Virus record (IMG/VR): IMGVR_UViG_3300028844_005216
Span: 20,269-84,268 of that record
Length of the DNA: 64,000 bases
Direction: 5' to 3' (one strand)
DNA from: a virus
The notes under the pieces were generated by a model. The model was not told where the DNA came from. It worked only from the letters and a program-made list of their open reading frames with translations, and made no database searches. The position numbers and the translations under genes are program-made. Positions 55,398 to 64,000 of the stretch are shown here, piece by piece (within the stretch, counting starts at the first letter, position 1; every line of letters starts with the position of its first letter).

Positions 55398-55799
55398 TTA
55401 CTTTATTCTTCGCTCAATAATATTTTGAAACTCAGGGTAAATAGAAAGATGCTCGGTCAGATTTCTGATATCCTTTGATACATTCAATAGAACTCGTTCA
55501 TCCAACCGATCATCTTTAATAGAACTCAATAGTGCAGTAATGACCTTTGCATTTTCTACAAGATCTGCGTGTTTTTCGGAAAGTGATTTAGACTGAGGAC
55601 AGGTGCCACCTCGATTTTCAATAAGAGTTCTAGTAACGGTTTGCATGAAATCTTTTGTAATCTTTCCACTGACCTGACCATTAACATCTCTGTATTGATT
55701 TCGATTCTCATTAAAATTTTTATCTTCGGCGGTCAGTCTATTTGTGTTAATAGGCTCCTCGCCATTCATCATTCTGAAAGTATCTTCTAAAGATGCCAT
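55398..55799 (-). CDS. Hypothetical late protein
   Basis: ORF with GAGG RBS. Confidence 0.6.
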   Translation of the reverse strand: MASLEDTFRMMNGEEPINTNRLTAEDKNFNENRNQYRDVNGQVSGKITKDFMQTVTRTLIENRGGTCPQSKSLSEKHADLVENAKVITALLSSIKDDRLDERVLLNVSKDIRNLTEHLSIYPEFQNIIERRIK

Positions 55800-55940
55800 T
55801 TAAGCACCCTCTACTTCGTCAAGATGATCCATCCAGTCATCCCCATACTTCTCTCGCAAACGCTTAATTGTCTCGTTAATTTCTTCGCCAACTCCATCAT
55901 CCTCTCCATAAATTTCTTGTATAATTTTCTTTCCTGACAT
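55800..55940 (-). CDS. Small acidic protein (46 aa, not in ORF track)
   Basis: MSGKKIIQEIYGEDDG...DEVEGA; GGAGG RBS. Confidence 0.55.
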   Translation of the reverse strand: MSGKKIIQEIYGEDDGVGEEINETIKRLREKYGDDWMDHLDEVEGA

Positions 55941-55941
55941 A

Positions 55942-56226
55942 TTATGAATCCTCCAGTTTTTGTTCTCGCAATCTAGGCTCTTTACGATTATATGATTTAG
56001 TCACAATAGAAAGATTTGTTTTATCTTTATTCATGGGATTATGATCTTTGTGATGAACATCTTTCCCATTTGTATCTTTTCTTGCGGCAGTTTTAAGAAT
56101 TATTCTTCGCGCTGAATTTCTGGCAGACCTTCGCGCAATCTGCTTCGGATCAGAATGATAATTATCATACTCTTTCTTGTAATTTCTTTCATTTATGCTG
56201 TCTGACAATTCTTGATATGTCTTCAT
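55942..56226 (-). CDS. HNH-like small protein with T4 internal-protein-like N-terminus
   Basis: MKTYQEL; RNYKKEY..YH, R.ARN.ARR, GKDVHHKD.N..N....NL....S.NR. Confidence 0.75.
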   Translation of the reverse strand: MKTYQELSDSINERNYKKEYDNYHSDPKQIARRSARNSARRIILKTAARKDTNGKDVHHKDHNPMNKDKTNLSIVTKSYNRKEPRLREQKLEDS

Positions 56227-56243
56227 TTTAATTCCAATATCGT

Positions 56244-56594
56244 TTAATACATTCCGACCAAGAAAGTTGCAGTAGTATTTTGGGAAGTATCTGCTTCCGC
56301 CTCATTGTATACATATACGCCATCGGTACGAATTGGGAGAATTGTTCCTGCCTTTACTGTGTGAAAGAACACATTCGCTTCAGTGTGAGTTGCGTTTCCT
56401 CCAGCCATTCTACAAAAAACGTTTCCGTCTCCACCAATATATAATCCTCGTGTTGTAACACTTAGATTAGAATCATTATTTGGTGTAATTTGGAATGCAC
56501 GATACGCAGGAGAATCTAATTCACCAGAACCTTTTTGATCGAATGTATCTGTATTTGTAATTGTGGGAGGATATGTTGCCTCTACGTCTGCCAT
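56244..56594 (-). CDS. Head-spike base protein-like (RcGTA Rcc01079 family resemblance)
   Basis: SPA..AF.ITP.N...L...TRGLYIG..GNV, F..V.AG.ILPIR...V, TTAT.LV.MY. Confidence 0.65.
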   Translation of the reverse strand: MADVEATYPPTITNTDTFDQKGSGELDSPAYRAFQITPNNDSNLSVTTRGLYIGGDGNVFCRMAGGNATHTEANVFFHTVKAGTILPIRTDGVYVYNEAEADTSQNTTATFLVGMY

Positions 56595-56609
56595 GACTTT
56601 TTACCTCTT

Positions 56610-57095
56610 TTATTTATTTAAATCCCTACCCTTCTCCATTACATGAGAAAGATTCCTTTGGGCTTTTCTAAGGGTTTCCGTTTGTTTGGCTTTCGCCATA
56701 GGATCTTTTGTATCCCTAATTTTTTGACGTGCGGTTTCTATATGATCCCTTGCTTTACTCAGCTTCTCTCGATAATTTGCAAGTTGTCTTACTTTCATTT
56801 CCCGTTCACGCATTCGATCCGCTATACTTTTTGTTCCATTCTCCTCTTCGCGAAGGTTCTCTACCTCTGCAAAAATCTCTGGCGCAATATCTTCAACTAT
56901 ACTGAATAGCTGGCTGTTCAAATCAAACATAATATCATAACAGTTATTCTCTGGTATATTTAGTAGATTTTCTAGAGTATCCTTTTCGTCTAAAAGATCA
57001 ACATAGCGTTCCGTTAGAACATCAATTTTTATAGAATCTCTGGTTTCTAAATCAGCCCCATAAAATGCGCTAACACTACCTTGCGAGAACTTCAT
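56610..57095 (-). CDS. Hypothetical late protein, C-terminal coiled coil
   Basis: AAGGAG RBS; CCTAAATA at 57126-57133. Confidence 0.6.
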   Translation of the reverse strand: MKFSQGSVSAFYGADLETRDSIKIDVLTERYVDLLDEKDTLENLLNIPENNCYDIMFDLNSQLFSIVEDIAPEIFAEVENLREEENGTKSIADRMREREMKVRQLANYREKLSKARDHIETARQKIRDTKDPMAKAKQTETLRKAQRNLSHVMEKGRDLNK

Positions 57096-57125
57096 CTGTA
57101 TTTGCTCCTTGATGGTTCATGTTAT

Positions 57126-57178
57126 TATTTAGGAATACTCAAATTTCATCATCTTCTAAATATTGTAGCTGATAAATA
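57126..57178. promoter_or_regulatory. Divergent late promoters
   Basis: CCTAAATA (minus, 57126-57133); TCTAAATA and GATAAATA (plus, 57155-57162 and 57171-57178). Confidence 0.55.
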
Positions 57179-57200
57179 ATATATCAGGGGGTTTATATAA

Positions 57201-57800
57201 ATGTATACTAGTTTACATTCTAAGATTGATGAAATAATTCATCCGAATCAGTATGACACCATAGAAGATGTTATTGTGGTTCTGGAATTTATATCAATTA
57301 TTGAATCTGACGATTCTATTTTGACCGAAGCTCGTGGAGACACAATAAAATCTCTTTTTTCACAAATTTCAAATAAAATTGGTGGATCTTCGGGAGATAA
57401 AAAGAATCTTTTTGGGCTCTTGCGTTCGATTGGACAAACTGGATCAAAATCTATTCTATATGCAATTCAAGCTGCCGCTGGTCGTGAAGGTGCCGAAGAA
57501 AAACTCAAAAAAACCCTCAAAAACTCCAATGCAAAAGCCGAGATCATTGACTTTATTATTCGCGCAGATGTATTGACACTGCATTTAATCAGTACGCCGA
57601 TTCATATGATTGATGCGATTGCAGGTTTTGATATTGCAGAAAAGATTAGAGAGAAGGCTGTTGGTGGCGGGGAAAGACTTAAAGATGCTGTTGACTTAAT
57701 CCAAAAATCTGCAAAGAACCTCGGAAATCCCTCAACTGCACGAAAAGTCAAAAAAAGTTTGAATACAATTAACCGGGCATTCTCCCTGAAAGCAGTATAA
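57201..57800 (+). CDS. Hypothetical late protein
   Basis: ORF after plus-strand late promoter; ILTE processing-like motif. Confidence 0.6.
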   Translation: MYTSLHSKIDEIIHPNQYDTIEDVIVVLEFISIIESDDSILTEARGDTIKSLFSQISNKIGGSSGDKKNLFGLLRSIGQTGSKSILYAIQAAAGREGAEEKLKKTLKNSNAKAEIIDFIIRADVLTLHLISTPIHMIDAIAGFDIAEKIREKAVGGGERLKDAVDLIQKSAKNLGNPSTARKVKKSLNTINRAFSLKAV

Positions 57801-58648
57801 TGAAAACTTTCAATGAAGTGTATAAAGATTCTGGTCTAGGGAAGTGGTTTCATAATCAATCTGCTGGTGGAGAACCCGGATGGGATCGCTATGATAGCAC
57901 AGGAAAGAAATCTGGAAAGTGTGGAGACTCTAAAGACGGTGAACCATATGCTGCGTGTCTATCCAAGCAAAAGGCACAGAAGCTAGGAAAGAAAGGTGTT
58001 TCATCTTTTGTAAAACGAAAGAGAAAGGCTCAGAGTTCCGCAGGGAAACCCGATAAGGGTGACGGTGGAAAAGGAGCAAAGCCGGTTAATGTTAAAACCG
58101 GAGTCACAGATAAAGACCCAAAGAAGAAGGGAATACAAGAGATGAAGACATTTCGCGAGCTAACGGTAGAACTACAGGAAAAGAATGAACCCACTAATCC
58201 CAAGCTATGGTCATCTGTTCTTTCACAGGCACGTTCTAAGTTTGATGTGTATCCCTCTGCGTATGCTAACGCATGGGCATCCAAGCAATACAAGAGCAAG
58301 GGTGGCGGCTGGAAAAGTGTGAAGGAAGAAGAAGTCGATTGTGGATGCGAAGCCTGCTCCGAAGAGCGCATTGACGAGAAGTCTGCTGCATGGCAACGCA
58401 AAGCAGGGAAGAATCAAGAAGGCGGCTTGAATGCGGCTGGAAGAAAATCATACGAAAGAGAAAATCCCGGCAGCGATCTAAAGGCTCCGGTGTCTGCTGC
58501 ACAAGCCAAGAAGAGTGGCAAGGGTGGCAAGGCAGCAAATAGACGCAAATCATTCTGCGCTCGTATGGGTGGAATGCCGGGACCAATGAAGGACGAGAAG
58601 GGAAGACCAACTCGTAAAGCTCTGGCTCTACGAAAGTGGGATTGTTAG
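57800..58648 (+). CDS. Basic multi-module protein of phage 'internal protein' type
   Basis: Three modules: GLGKWF..C..CL; FDVYPSAYANAWASKQYKSKGGGW; GGLNAAGR...RRKSFCARM...ALRKWDC. Confidence 0.7.
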   Translation: MKTFNEVYKDSGLGKWFHNQSAGGEPGWDRYDSTGKKSGKCGDSKDGEPYAACLSKQKAQKLGKKGVSSFVKRKRKAQSSAGKPDKGDGGKGAKPVNVKTGVTDKDPKKKGIQEMKTFRELTVELQEKNEPTNPKLWSSVLSQARSKFDVYPSAYANAWASKQYKSKGGGWKSVKEEEVDCGCEACSEERIDEKSAAWQRKAGKNQEGGLNAAGRKSYERENPGSDLKAPVSAAQAKKSGKGGKAANRRKSFCARMGGMPGPMKDEKGRPTRKALALRKWDC

Positions 58649-59091
58649 TCCCATTCAGAACTTGCGATTTGAATATTCATTATATCTTTTGTGTATGTGT
58701 AATTTCCTGATACAAATTCATTTTCCCATGTGGTCACTGGGTCAGTGGGTGGAATTCCATCATACCACTCTGGTGAGAATGTGTGCATTCGTGTTTTATT
58801 GGATTCTGTAACGATCTGGTCCGCAAGAGAATCCCGCGATATTTTAAATAGAGTGATGAAGCATGATCTTCCGGGTGATGTGGCTGTCGCTACCAATTGC
58901 GTATTTGGCTGAACACGATATTCCACCACTCCAGATATAGGTGTTCCATCCCCAAGAGTAACACTTCCTTCCATCATAACAATGGAAAAGTCTTCATCAA
59001 CACTCCAATCATAATTTAAGGTTTCTCCATAATCTAACATATTTAATATGATTAAAGATTCTGTATTAAATATCGCTCTAGCATATGCCAT
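58645..59091 (-). CDS. Cupin-like beta-rich protein, paralog of 60750..61202
   Basis: Shared FNTE.L...NMLD.GET..Y.WS.D.D.S.V..EGSV, EYR.QPN, ATS.GR, SGNYT.TK. Confidence 0.6.
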   Translation of the reverse strand: MAYARAIFNTESLIILNMLDYGETLNYDWSVDEDFSIVMMEGSVTLGDGTPISGVVEYRVQPNTQLVATATSPGRSCFITLFKISRDSLADQIVTESNKTRMHTFSPEWYDGIPPTDPVTTWENEFVSGNYTYTKDIMNIQIASSEWD

Positions 59092-59120
59092 TATATAATC
59101 CCCACATCTTTCATTATTCT

Positions 59121-60206
59121 TTATTTAAAATTTTTGATATATTTAATAAAAAGGCTGACCGCCTCATTTGTTGGAGTTGGTGATGGATCGTCTACGCAAT
59201 CTGTAAAATTTTCATATTCCAGAACACCAATTTCATCAAATACATTTCTAACCCTATCAGTGAGAAGCCCGATTCTCTTTACGTTTGGAACTATCTTTGA
59301 AAATGCGACATGGGATGATGCTTTCAGAAATGGAGAATCTTTCAACCATTTTCGTATGTTCTGATTATTTTCTAAACCAAGTCTTTCTATGATTGGTTCA
59401 GCCGCAGACATTCCTTTATTTAATATCAAACTAGATTCGATTATAAATTCTTCGCGGACCTTTAATTCATTTTCTGTTAAGCCATCCTTATAAACACTCT
59501 CTAGCATTTTTACACCAAATGCAACATGCCGGGATTCATCTAACATAATTTTACTAGTAATTTCTTGAATTAATGGTTCATCGAAATTTGATGCCTTCAT
59601 AAGAGGAAATGATCCAAGAGCAACACCTTCAATCATAATTTGCATCCCGATCACTGAAATGTCCCAATCAGATGTGGACAAAATCTCATCGAAAAGTTCT
59701 TTTAATACATGACGTATCGGATAATTATTTTCTAATTTTTCTGTTAGATATCGTTTGTAGGTTTCTGCGTGCTTTATTTCATCCAATGCTTGTGTTGCTG
59801 AAAAATATTTTGCTGCCATGTCGGGACAAACTTGAACCAGTTTAGAACATCCAAGAATTCCACCCTGCTCTCCGTGGAAAAATTGGGAGATTGTATACGC
59901 ATTTCTTTCGACTACTATTTTGTTATAAAGTTCGTCTGAAATATTTTTAGGTGTTTGCATGATGATTTTTTGGTTTTGATTTCTTGCTTGCCTATTATGA
60001 ATTATTTTTTCCATATCGACATCGACACTCCAGTCGATATCGGTTGTTGGGTTCCATGAAAATTTTTTACTCTTTTCGTATAAATTTACTAATTCATTTT
60101 CTTCAGCATCATATTTCCAATTAAAAATTGTCGTTACTGTAGATTCCACCTCAGAATATTCCCCATACTCCGGCATGTGCAGACCAACCTTATTTTCATA
60201 TTTCAT
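59121..60206 (-). CDS. Ferritin-like diiron oxygenase (AurF-like family)
   Basis: LYEK.K...WNP..DIDWS, SQF.HGEQG, ATQ..DE.KH, Q.MIEG.AL..F, DESRHVAFG. Confidence 0.85.
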   Translation of the reverse strand: MKYENKVGLHMPEYGEYSEVESTVTTIFNWKYDAEENELVNLYEKSKKFSWNPTTDIDWSVDVDMEKIIHNRQARNQNQKIIMQTPKNISDELYNKIVVERNAYTISQFFHGEQGGILGCSKLVQVCPDMAAKYFSATQALDEIKHAETYKRYLTEKLENNYPIRHVLKELFDEILSTSDWDISVIGMQIMIEGVALGSFPLMKASNFDEPLIQEITSKIMLDESRHVAFGVKMLESVYKDGLTENELKVREEFIIESSLILNKGMSAAEPIIERLGLENNQNIRKWLKDSPFLKASSHVAFSKIVPNVKRIGLLTDRVRNVFDEIGVLEYENFTDCVDDPSPTPTNEAVSLFIKYIKNFK

Positions 60207-60214
60207 ATCTGCAT

Positions 60215-60745
60215 TTATCCCCAATCAATATTCAAATCGTCTGTCACAATATCATTCTCTGGTTCGTCATTGTAAATGTCGAATGTTTCTGGATTTCTTT
60301 TTGTCCCAACATAGCACTGATCTTTGATTATGACCGTTTGCGTTGGGTGTTCATCAATATATTCATGCTCTTCTTTTGTTGCAGCATTAATCTCTTTCCA
60401 GTTTCCTGTATTGTGTAAAGACTTTGGAATAATTGCCGTGTATGCTGAATTTGAATCGTTCAAGTTCACCATACCAAAACCGTTAGTATATTGTTCACCC
60501 GAACCACATAAAGGCCTCACAGCTCCAAAAGGCGATTGAACGTCCGCATGAACGTTCCAAATATTATGCGAGGTATTGGATGTAAATACTCTGGTGTTTC
60601 CCGAAGTCCAATATAAAATAGCATTTGCTGAAGCTAAATTATGACCTGATCGTGCGGCTGTCGAATGAACCTCGTCATTAGCAAAATATGTTTTGGCTGA
60701 CAGTACGACGTGATCTTTCGTTGCAATCCATTTTACTCTTCTCAT
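60215..60745 (-). CDS. Hypothetical protein
   Basis: Co-oriented within the operon. Confidence 0.6.
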   Translation of the reverse strand: MRRVKWIATKDHVVLSAKTYFANDEVHSTAARSGHNLASANAILYWTSGNTRVFTSNTSHNIWNVHADVQSPFGAVRPLCGSGEQYTNGFGMVNLNDSNSAYTAIIPKSLHNTGNWKEINAATKEEHEYIDEHPTQTVIIKDQCYVGTKRNPETFDIYNDEPENDIVTDDLNIDWG

Positions 60746-60749
60746 AGTA

Positions 60750-61202
60750 TTACCAATCTCCTAATAATATCTGATCATCAATCGCCGTTTTTGTTAAAGT
60801 ATAATTTCCAGATGCGAATATACTTTCCCATGACATTTCCAAATTATCTGAAAAGTCTGGCGCACCATATTCATACCATGTTGGTGTGTGATTTCTCATT
60901 TTATTTTTTGATGTCTGATTTACAATTTGGTTGGCAATATGATCTATATCTATTCTGAATAGTGAAATGAAATAGTTCCGACCAGAACTAGTTGCCGTCG
61001 CGGTTAAATTTTCATTTGGTTGAATTCTATATTCATTCACCGAATTTACCAATGTCGAATTTTGAAACCTTACAGATCCTTCTAGAACAACAACCGAGTA
61101 GTCAGTATCTAAACTCCAATTATAATCAATCGTTTCGCCTTCATCGAGCATGTTGAAAACACAAAGTGTTTCTGTATTAAATGAACATTTCGTCGTTGCC
61201 AT
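60750..61202 (-). CDS. Cupin-like beta-rich protein, paralog of 58645..59091
   Basis: Same shared motifs as its paralog. Confidence 0.6.
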   Translation of the reverse strand: MATTKCSFNTETLCVFNMLDEGETIDYNWSLDTDYSVVVLEGSVRFQNSTLVNSVNEYRIQPNENLTATATSSGRNYFISLFRIDIDHIANQIVNQTSKNKMRNHTPTWYEYGAPDFSDNLEMSWESIFASGNYTLTKTAIDDQILLGDW

Positions 61203-61210
61203 ATTTTTTC

Positions 61211-61423
61211 CTAGTCAATTTTGGGGTTATTTAAGTTATTCTGTCTCGACTGCCTACTCTTAAAAATCGCATTTTTTATTCTTTCTTCAACATACGCGGT
61301 ATTGCCATCGGCAGTAATTCCTATATTGATATGATCGAAAACATATTCCCCGTCGTCAATAACAGTAACAATGCAAGTTCCGGTATATGCTTCCATTTTA
61401 TGTATGGTCGTTTGAATAGGCAT
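61211..61423 (-). CDS. Small hypothetical protein (possible fibre-associated factor)
   Basis: Immediately downstream of the Gly-rich fibre gene. Confidence 0.5.
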   Translation of the reverse strand: MPIQTTIHKMEAYTGTCIVTVIDDGEYVFDHINIGITADGNTAYVEERIKNAIFKSRQSRQNNLNNPKID

Positions 61424-61425
61424 TT

Positions 61426-62832
61426 TTATGTAACCCGTATATCCCTTCCTTGCATCCAATTACCATCACCTCTTTCGTTAGTGAATGTATTGGAAACAGA
61501 TACGTTAGATGTGTTCCAAAAAATTAAAGAACCCTCAAGACCTGCGGTGTGGGCAAGAGCTAAAGCGTTGAATTTTCCGGGGGTTCCAGCGGCTTGTGAT
61601 GTATTATAAGATCCACTAGAATACCAAGATCCTCCGCTGCCACCAACACCACCTTCGTCCCCACCACCTCCTCCACCGGCACCACCTCGCATATATCCTG
61701 TTGTTTTGTTTATGATATTAATTCGAGTTCCACTTATGGCAGAATCAGTCCAAACATTTGACCTAAAATAAACAACATTTCCACCCCACCCCGCTTGTGT
61801 GACAGAATAATCGGGATTCCTTGCCGTGAAGCTGTTTATTTGAGATGATAAAGATGGATATGATCTTCCGGCATTTATCGCATCTCCCTGACCGGCTCCC
61901 CCCGAACCAAAACTACCTATGTCTGATGACGTTCCATTCGCGGCATAATTGGAAGATTCATTAACAGTGTGCGGCCACCAGTTATATCCAAGTCCCCCTG
62001 TTCCCGGCAACGGAAGAAAAGAATCGGGTGTTTCTGGAATATTCGCGCCAGTTGTACCCGTGGTTACTGCAATGTTTGAAAATTGATAATAACTATATTC
62101 TGTTGGATTCGTCGGGAAGTTTCCAGAAGAAATTGTTTGGTGAAGACCCATTCCAGCTCCACCACCACCTCCACCCTCTCCATTTGTTGCCTTTTCTTTA
62201 AACCTAACACCACCCATTCCGCCGTATCCACCACCACCTAGAGTGTTTCCACTATTTTCAATTGTTAAAATTGTATCATTGATTGTTCTTTCTGATACTT
62301 TGTTGGTGTTGAAGTCGATTAAAATGCAAGGATCGGCAGAAGCGTCTCTGTAATGATGTTCATCTGATCGGGAATTGAGTGCATAATCAGCTCCGGGTGA
62401 AGTAGCAGCTAATCCACTGTGATCATTTTCCCAAGAAGAAAATACATCTATTGCTTTTACATGTGTAGCATGTGAGTTTGTTCCAATAGACATTCCTTCG
62501 GGAATTTCAATTGTGATATTCAGTGGGGTATCAATTTCGTATGGAGAAGAAGCCGAGCGATATCCAGCAAAAGGATCTCTCGGCACTGTAGCGCCGGATT
62601 GATCAGAAACATCAAGAGTGTCTTCGCTGTTTATTGTGTGAACAAAGTCGTCTGGAAAACTTACCGTATAGTAATTTCCATCTGCATTTTTTCTGGACGC
62701 AATTGTACTACCGGCTGTACTGTAGGCGAGGGCATTTAAAGATAAATTTAGAGAAAGATTAGTATCTCCAAAAAATGCAGATACTCCAGACCTGTTTGTG
62801 TCTGATATGTTTACACCTAGTGAAATTTTCAA
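61426..62832 (-). CDS. Glycine-rich fibre/adhesin-like virion protein
   Basis: Probable TTG start (GAGGGG RBS) giving MKISLGVNI; TIENSG...GGGGYGG, GGGGGGAG, GGAGGGGGG (gp38-like polyglycine motifs). Confidence 0.7.
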   Translation of the reverse strand: MKISLGVNISDTNRSGVSAFFGDTNLSLNLSLNALAYSTAGSTIASRKNADGNYYTVSFPDDFVHTINSEDTLDVSDQSGATVPRDPFAGYRSASSPYEIDTPLNITIEIPEGMSIGTNSHATHVKAIDVFSSWENDHSGLAATSPGADYALNSRSDEHHYRDASADPCILIDFNTNKVSERTINDTILTIENSGNTLGGGGYGGMGGVRFKEKATNGEGGGGGGAGMGLHQTISSGNFPTNPTEYSYYQFSNIAVTTGTTGANIPETPDSFLPLPGTGGLGYNWWPHTVNESSNYAANGTSSDIGSFGSGGAGQGDAINAGRSYPSLSSQINSFTARNPDYSVTQAGWGGNVVYFRSNVWTDSAISGTRINIINKTTGYMRGGAGGGGGGDEGGVGGSGGSWYSSGSYNTSQAAGTPGKFNALALAHTAGLEGSLIFWNTSNVSVSNTFTNERGDGNWMQGRDIRVT

Positions 62833-62854
62833 ATTAATCCCCTCCATTCATGTT

Positions 62855-62882
62855 TATTTATAAATTTCGTTGAAGCTAAATA
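62855..62882. promoter_or_regulatory. Divergent late promoters
   Basis: TATAAATA (minus, 62855-62862) and GCTAAATA (plus, 62875-62882). Confidence 0.65.
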
Positions 62883-62918
62883 TAGAGTGTATTTTAATTT
62901 TAACTGGGGAATCCTAAC

Positions 62919-63635
62919 ATGATAACATATAAAGACTTAAAAGGACTCTTACAATTGTCTGAGGGTGTTAACGATCCCGGCATTTTTAAGATCGTTTTTA
63001 CTGCTGGTGGACCCGGATCGGGCAAATCTTTCATTGCAGGAAAGACTGGATTGACATCAATGGGTCTTCGTGCAGTTAATTCTGATGACATCTTTGAGAA
63101 GAAACTTGAGGCAGCATTTGAACGGAGTATGAATGATATTGGTCCAAAGGATATAATGTCACCCAGAGGTCAAGAAATTCGCGGAGCAGCAAAAAAACTT
63201 ACCGGCAAAAAACAAGATATTCTGATTGATGGTCGAATTGGTCTTTTGATTGATGGAACCGGAAAAGATGTTAACAAGATCAAAAAACAAAAAGCTGGTT
63301 TTGAGCGACTCGGATATGAGTGCATGATGATCTTCGTTAACACTACACTAGACACATCAATCTCGCGAGACAAGATGAGGTCAAGAACCGTTGGTGCTGA
63401 CGCTGTGACTGATATGTGGTCTGAGGTCCAAAACAACATTGGTGCTTTCCAGAGAATGTTTGGAAATGATAAATTTATTATTGTGGACAACACCGAGGGT
63501 AAAGACTTCAAAAAAGAAACCATGACTGCATATAAAACTGCAATAAAGTTTATTGGTAAGCCTCCGAAGACTCGGGCTGCGAAACGATGGATTCAAAATG
63601 AAATAAACAGAAGAAATATTACAAAGCGGAAGTAA
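62919..63635 (+). CDS. P-loop kinase (zeta toxin/AAA_33-like)
   Basis: EGVNDPGIFK, AGGPGSGKS, VNSDD.FE, LLIDGTG, MIFVNT.L.....R...R.R. Confidence 0.8.
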   Translation: MITYKDLKGLLQLSEGVNDPGIFKIVFTAGGPGSGKSFIAGKTGLTSMGLRAVNSDDIFEKKLEAAFERSMNDIGPKDIMSPRGQEIRGAAKKLTGKKQDILIDGRIGLLIDGTGKDVNKIKKQKAGFERLGYECMMIFVNTTLDTSISRDKMRSRTVGADAVTDMWSEVQNNIGAFQRMFGNDKFIIVDNTEGKDFKKETMTAYKTAIKFIGKPPKTRAAKRWIQNEINRRNITKRK

Positions 63636-63637
63636 TA

Positions 63638-64000
63638 ATGAAACGTTTCAAGGATTACATAACAGAAGCCCCTGCATGGACGAAAAGTGCCTCCGAGCAT
63701 ATCTTTTTTACTGACATTCATGTTCCACTGAGTGCCAAGATGCTCAAGCGTGCGCTCAACACCAAACTCCCACGAGCCACCGTGTTTCATGTGACCGATG
63801 CACAATATCTTGATGATATCATCAAGATGCAGGGAAAGCGAAAGTCTCTTTCGGCTGCAACCCAGATGCACCCTACTGTTGTCGCAGGGGGCATCAATGT
63901 TGGGGGTGGAATGGTCTTTGAACTAGAGGCTGATGTTATGGTGTCCGCACCTAACGACATTATGTCTCGACCCGATAAAACCGGAAGACGTTGGCTGGAA
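63638..64000 (+). CDS. Hypothetical protein with capsid-targeting-like N-terminus (3' truncated)
   Basis: MKRFKDYITE...VFHVTD...SLSA...VFELE; open to window end. Confidence 0.65.
   Translation, partial: MKRFKDYITEAPAWTKSASEHIFFTDIHVPLSAKMLKRALNTKLPRATVFHVTDAQYLDDIIKMQGKRKSLSAATQMHPTVVAGGINVGGGMVFELEADVMVSAPNDIMSRPDKTGRRWLE

Noticed and set aside
55942-56226. Mobile homing endonuclease
   Set aside because: Only 94 aa, no separate DNA-binding domain, and has an internal-protein-like N-terminus
59121-60206. Ribonucleotide reductase beta subunit (nrdB)
   Set aside because: HGEQG/DESRHVAFG pattern fits the AurF-like family; located in a structural operon; the RNR in this window is class II
1-64000. 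Stop-codon reassignment or integrated prophage
   Set aside because: Core genes are full length in code 11, no suppressor tRNA, and no integrase or host-chromosome genes

Overview
This 64 kb window is part of a large, AT-rich, T4-like (myovirus-type) dsDNA phage genome, with almost all genes on the minus strand. It carries a T4 replication and late-transcription core: gp32, gp59, gp33, RNase H, gp61, gp41, UvsX, gp43, RegA and gp62/44/45. Nucleotide metabolism genes are a class II B12-dependent nrdJ, thyX and dut. Accessory genes include PhoH, Hsp20, ClpP, a glutaredoxin, a DenV-like glycosylase, a RuvC-like resolvase, two peptidoglycan hydrolases and an overlapping spanin-like pair. There are six tRNAs, an ~11 kb sugar-nucleotide/glycosyltransferase island, and a GC-richer early operon (MoxR/CobS-like AAA+ plus metallopeptidase-VWA) behind a 600-bp structured intergenic region. 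Late genes are marked by (T/C/A)(A/C)TAAATA promoters. Best leads: (1) a late operon of a nuclease-like, a KxDG ligase-like and an HxGH nucleotidyltransferase protein, some with T4 capsid-targeting-like N-termini; (2) an RcGTA-like head-spike base plus a putative fibre co-transcribed with an AurF-like diiron oxygenase and duplicated cupin-like genes; (3) a cluster of unexplained structured RNAs at 7.0-7.35 kb; (4) a phage PEP-CTERM-like protein; (5) RNA leaders (periodic poly-A upstream of gene 32, a terminator-pseudoknot upstream of an HTH gene). All family calls come from motif recognition by eye; no searches were run.
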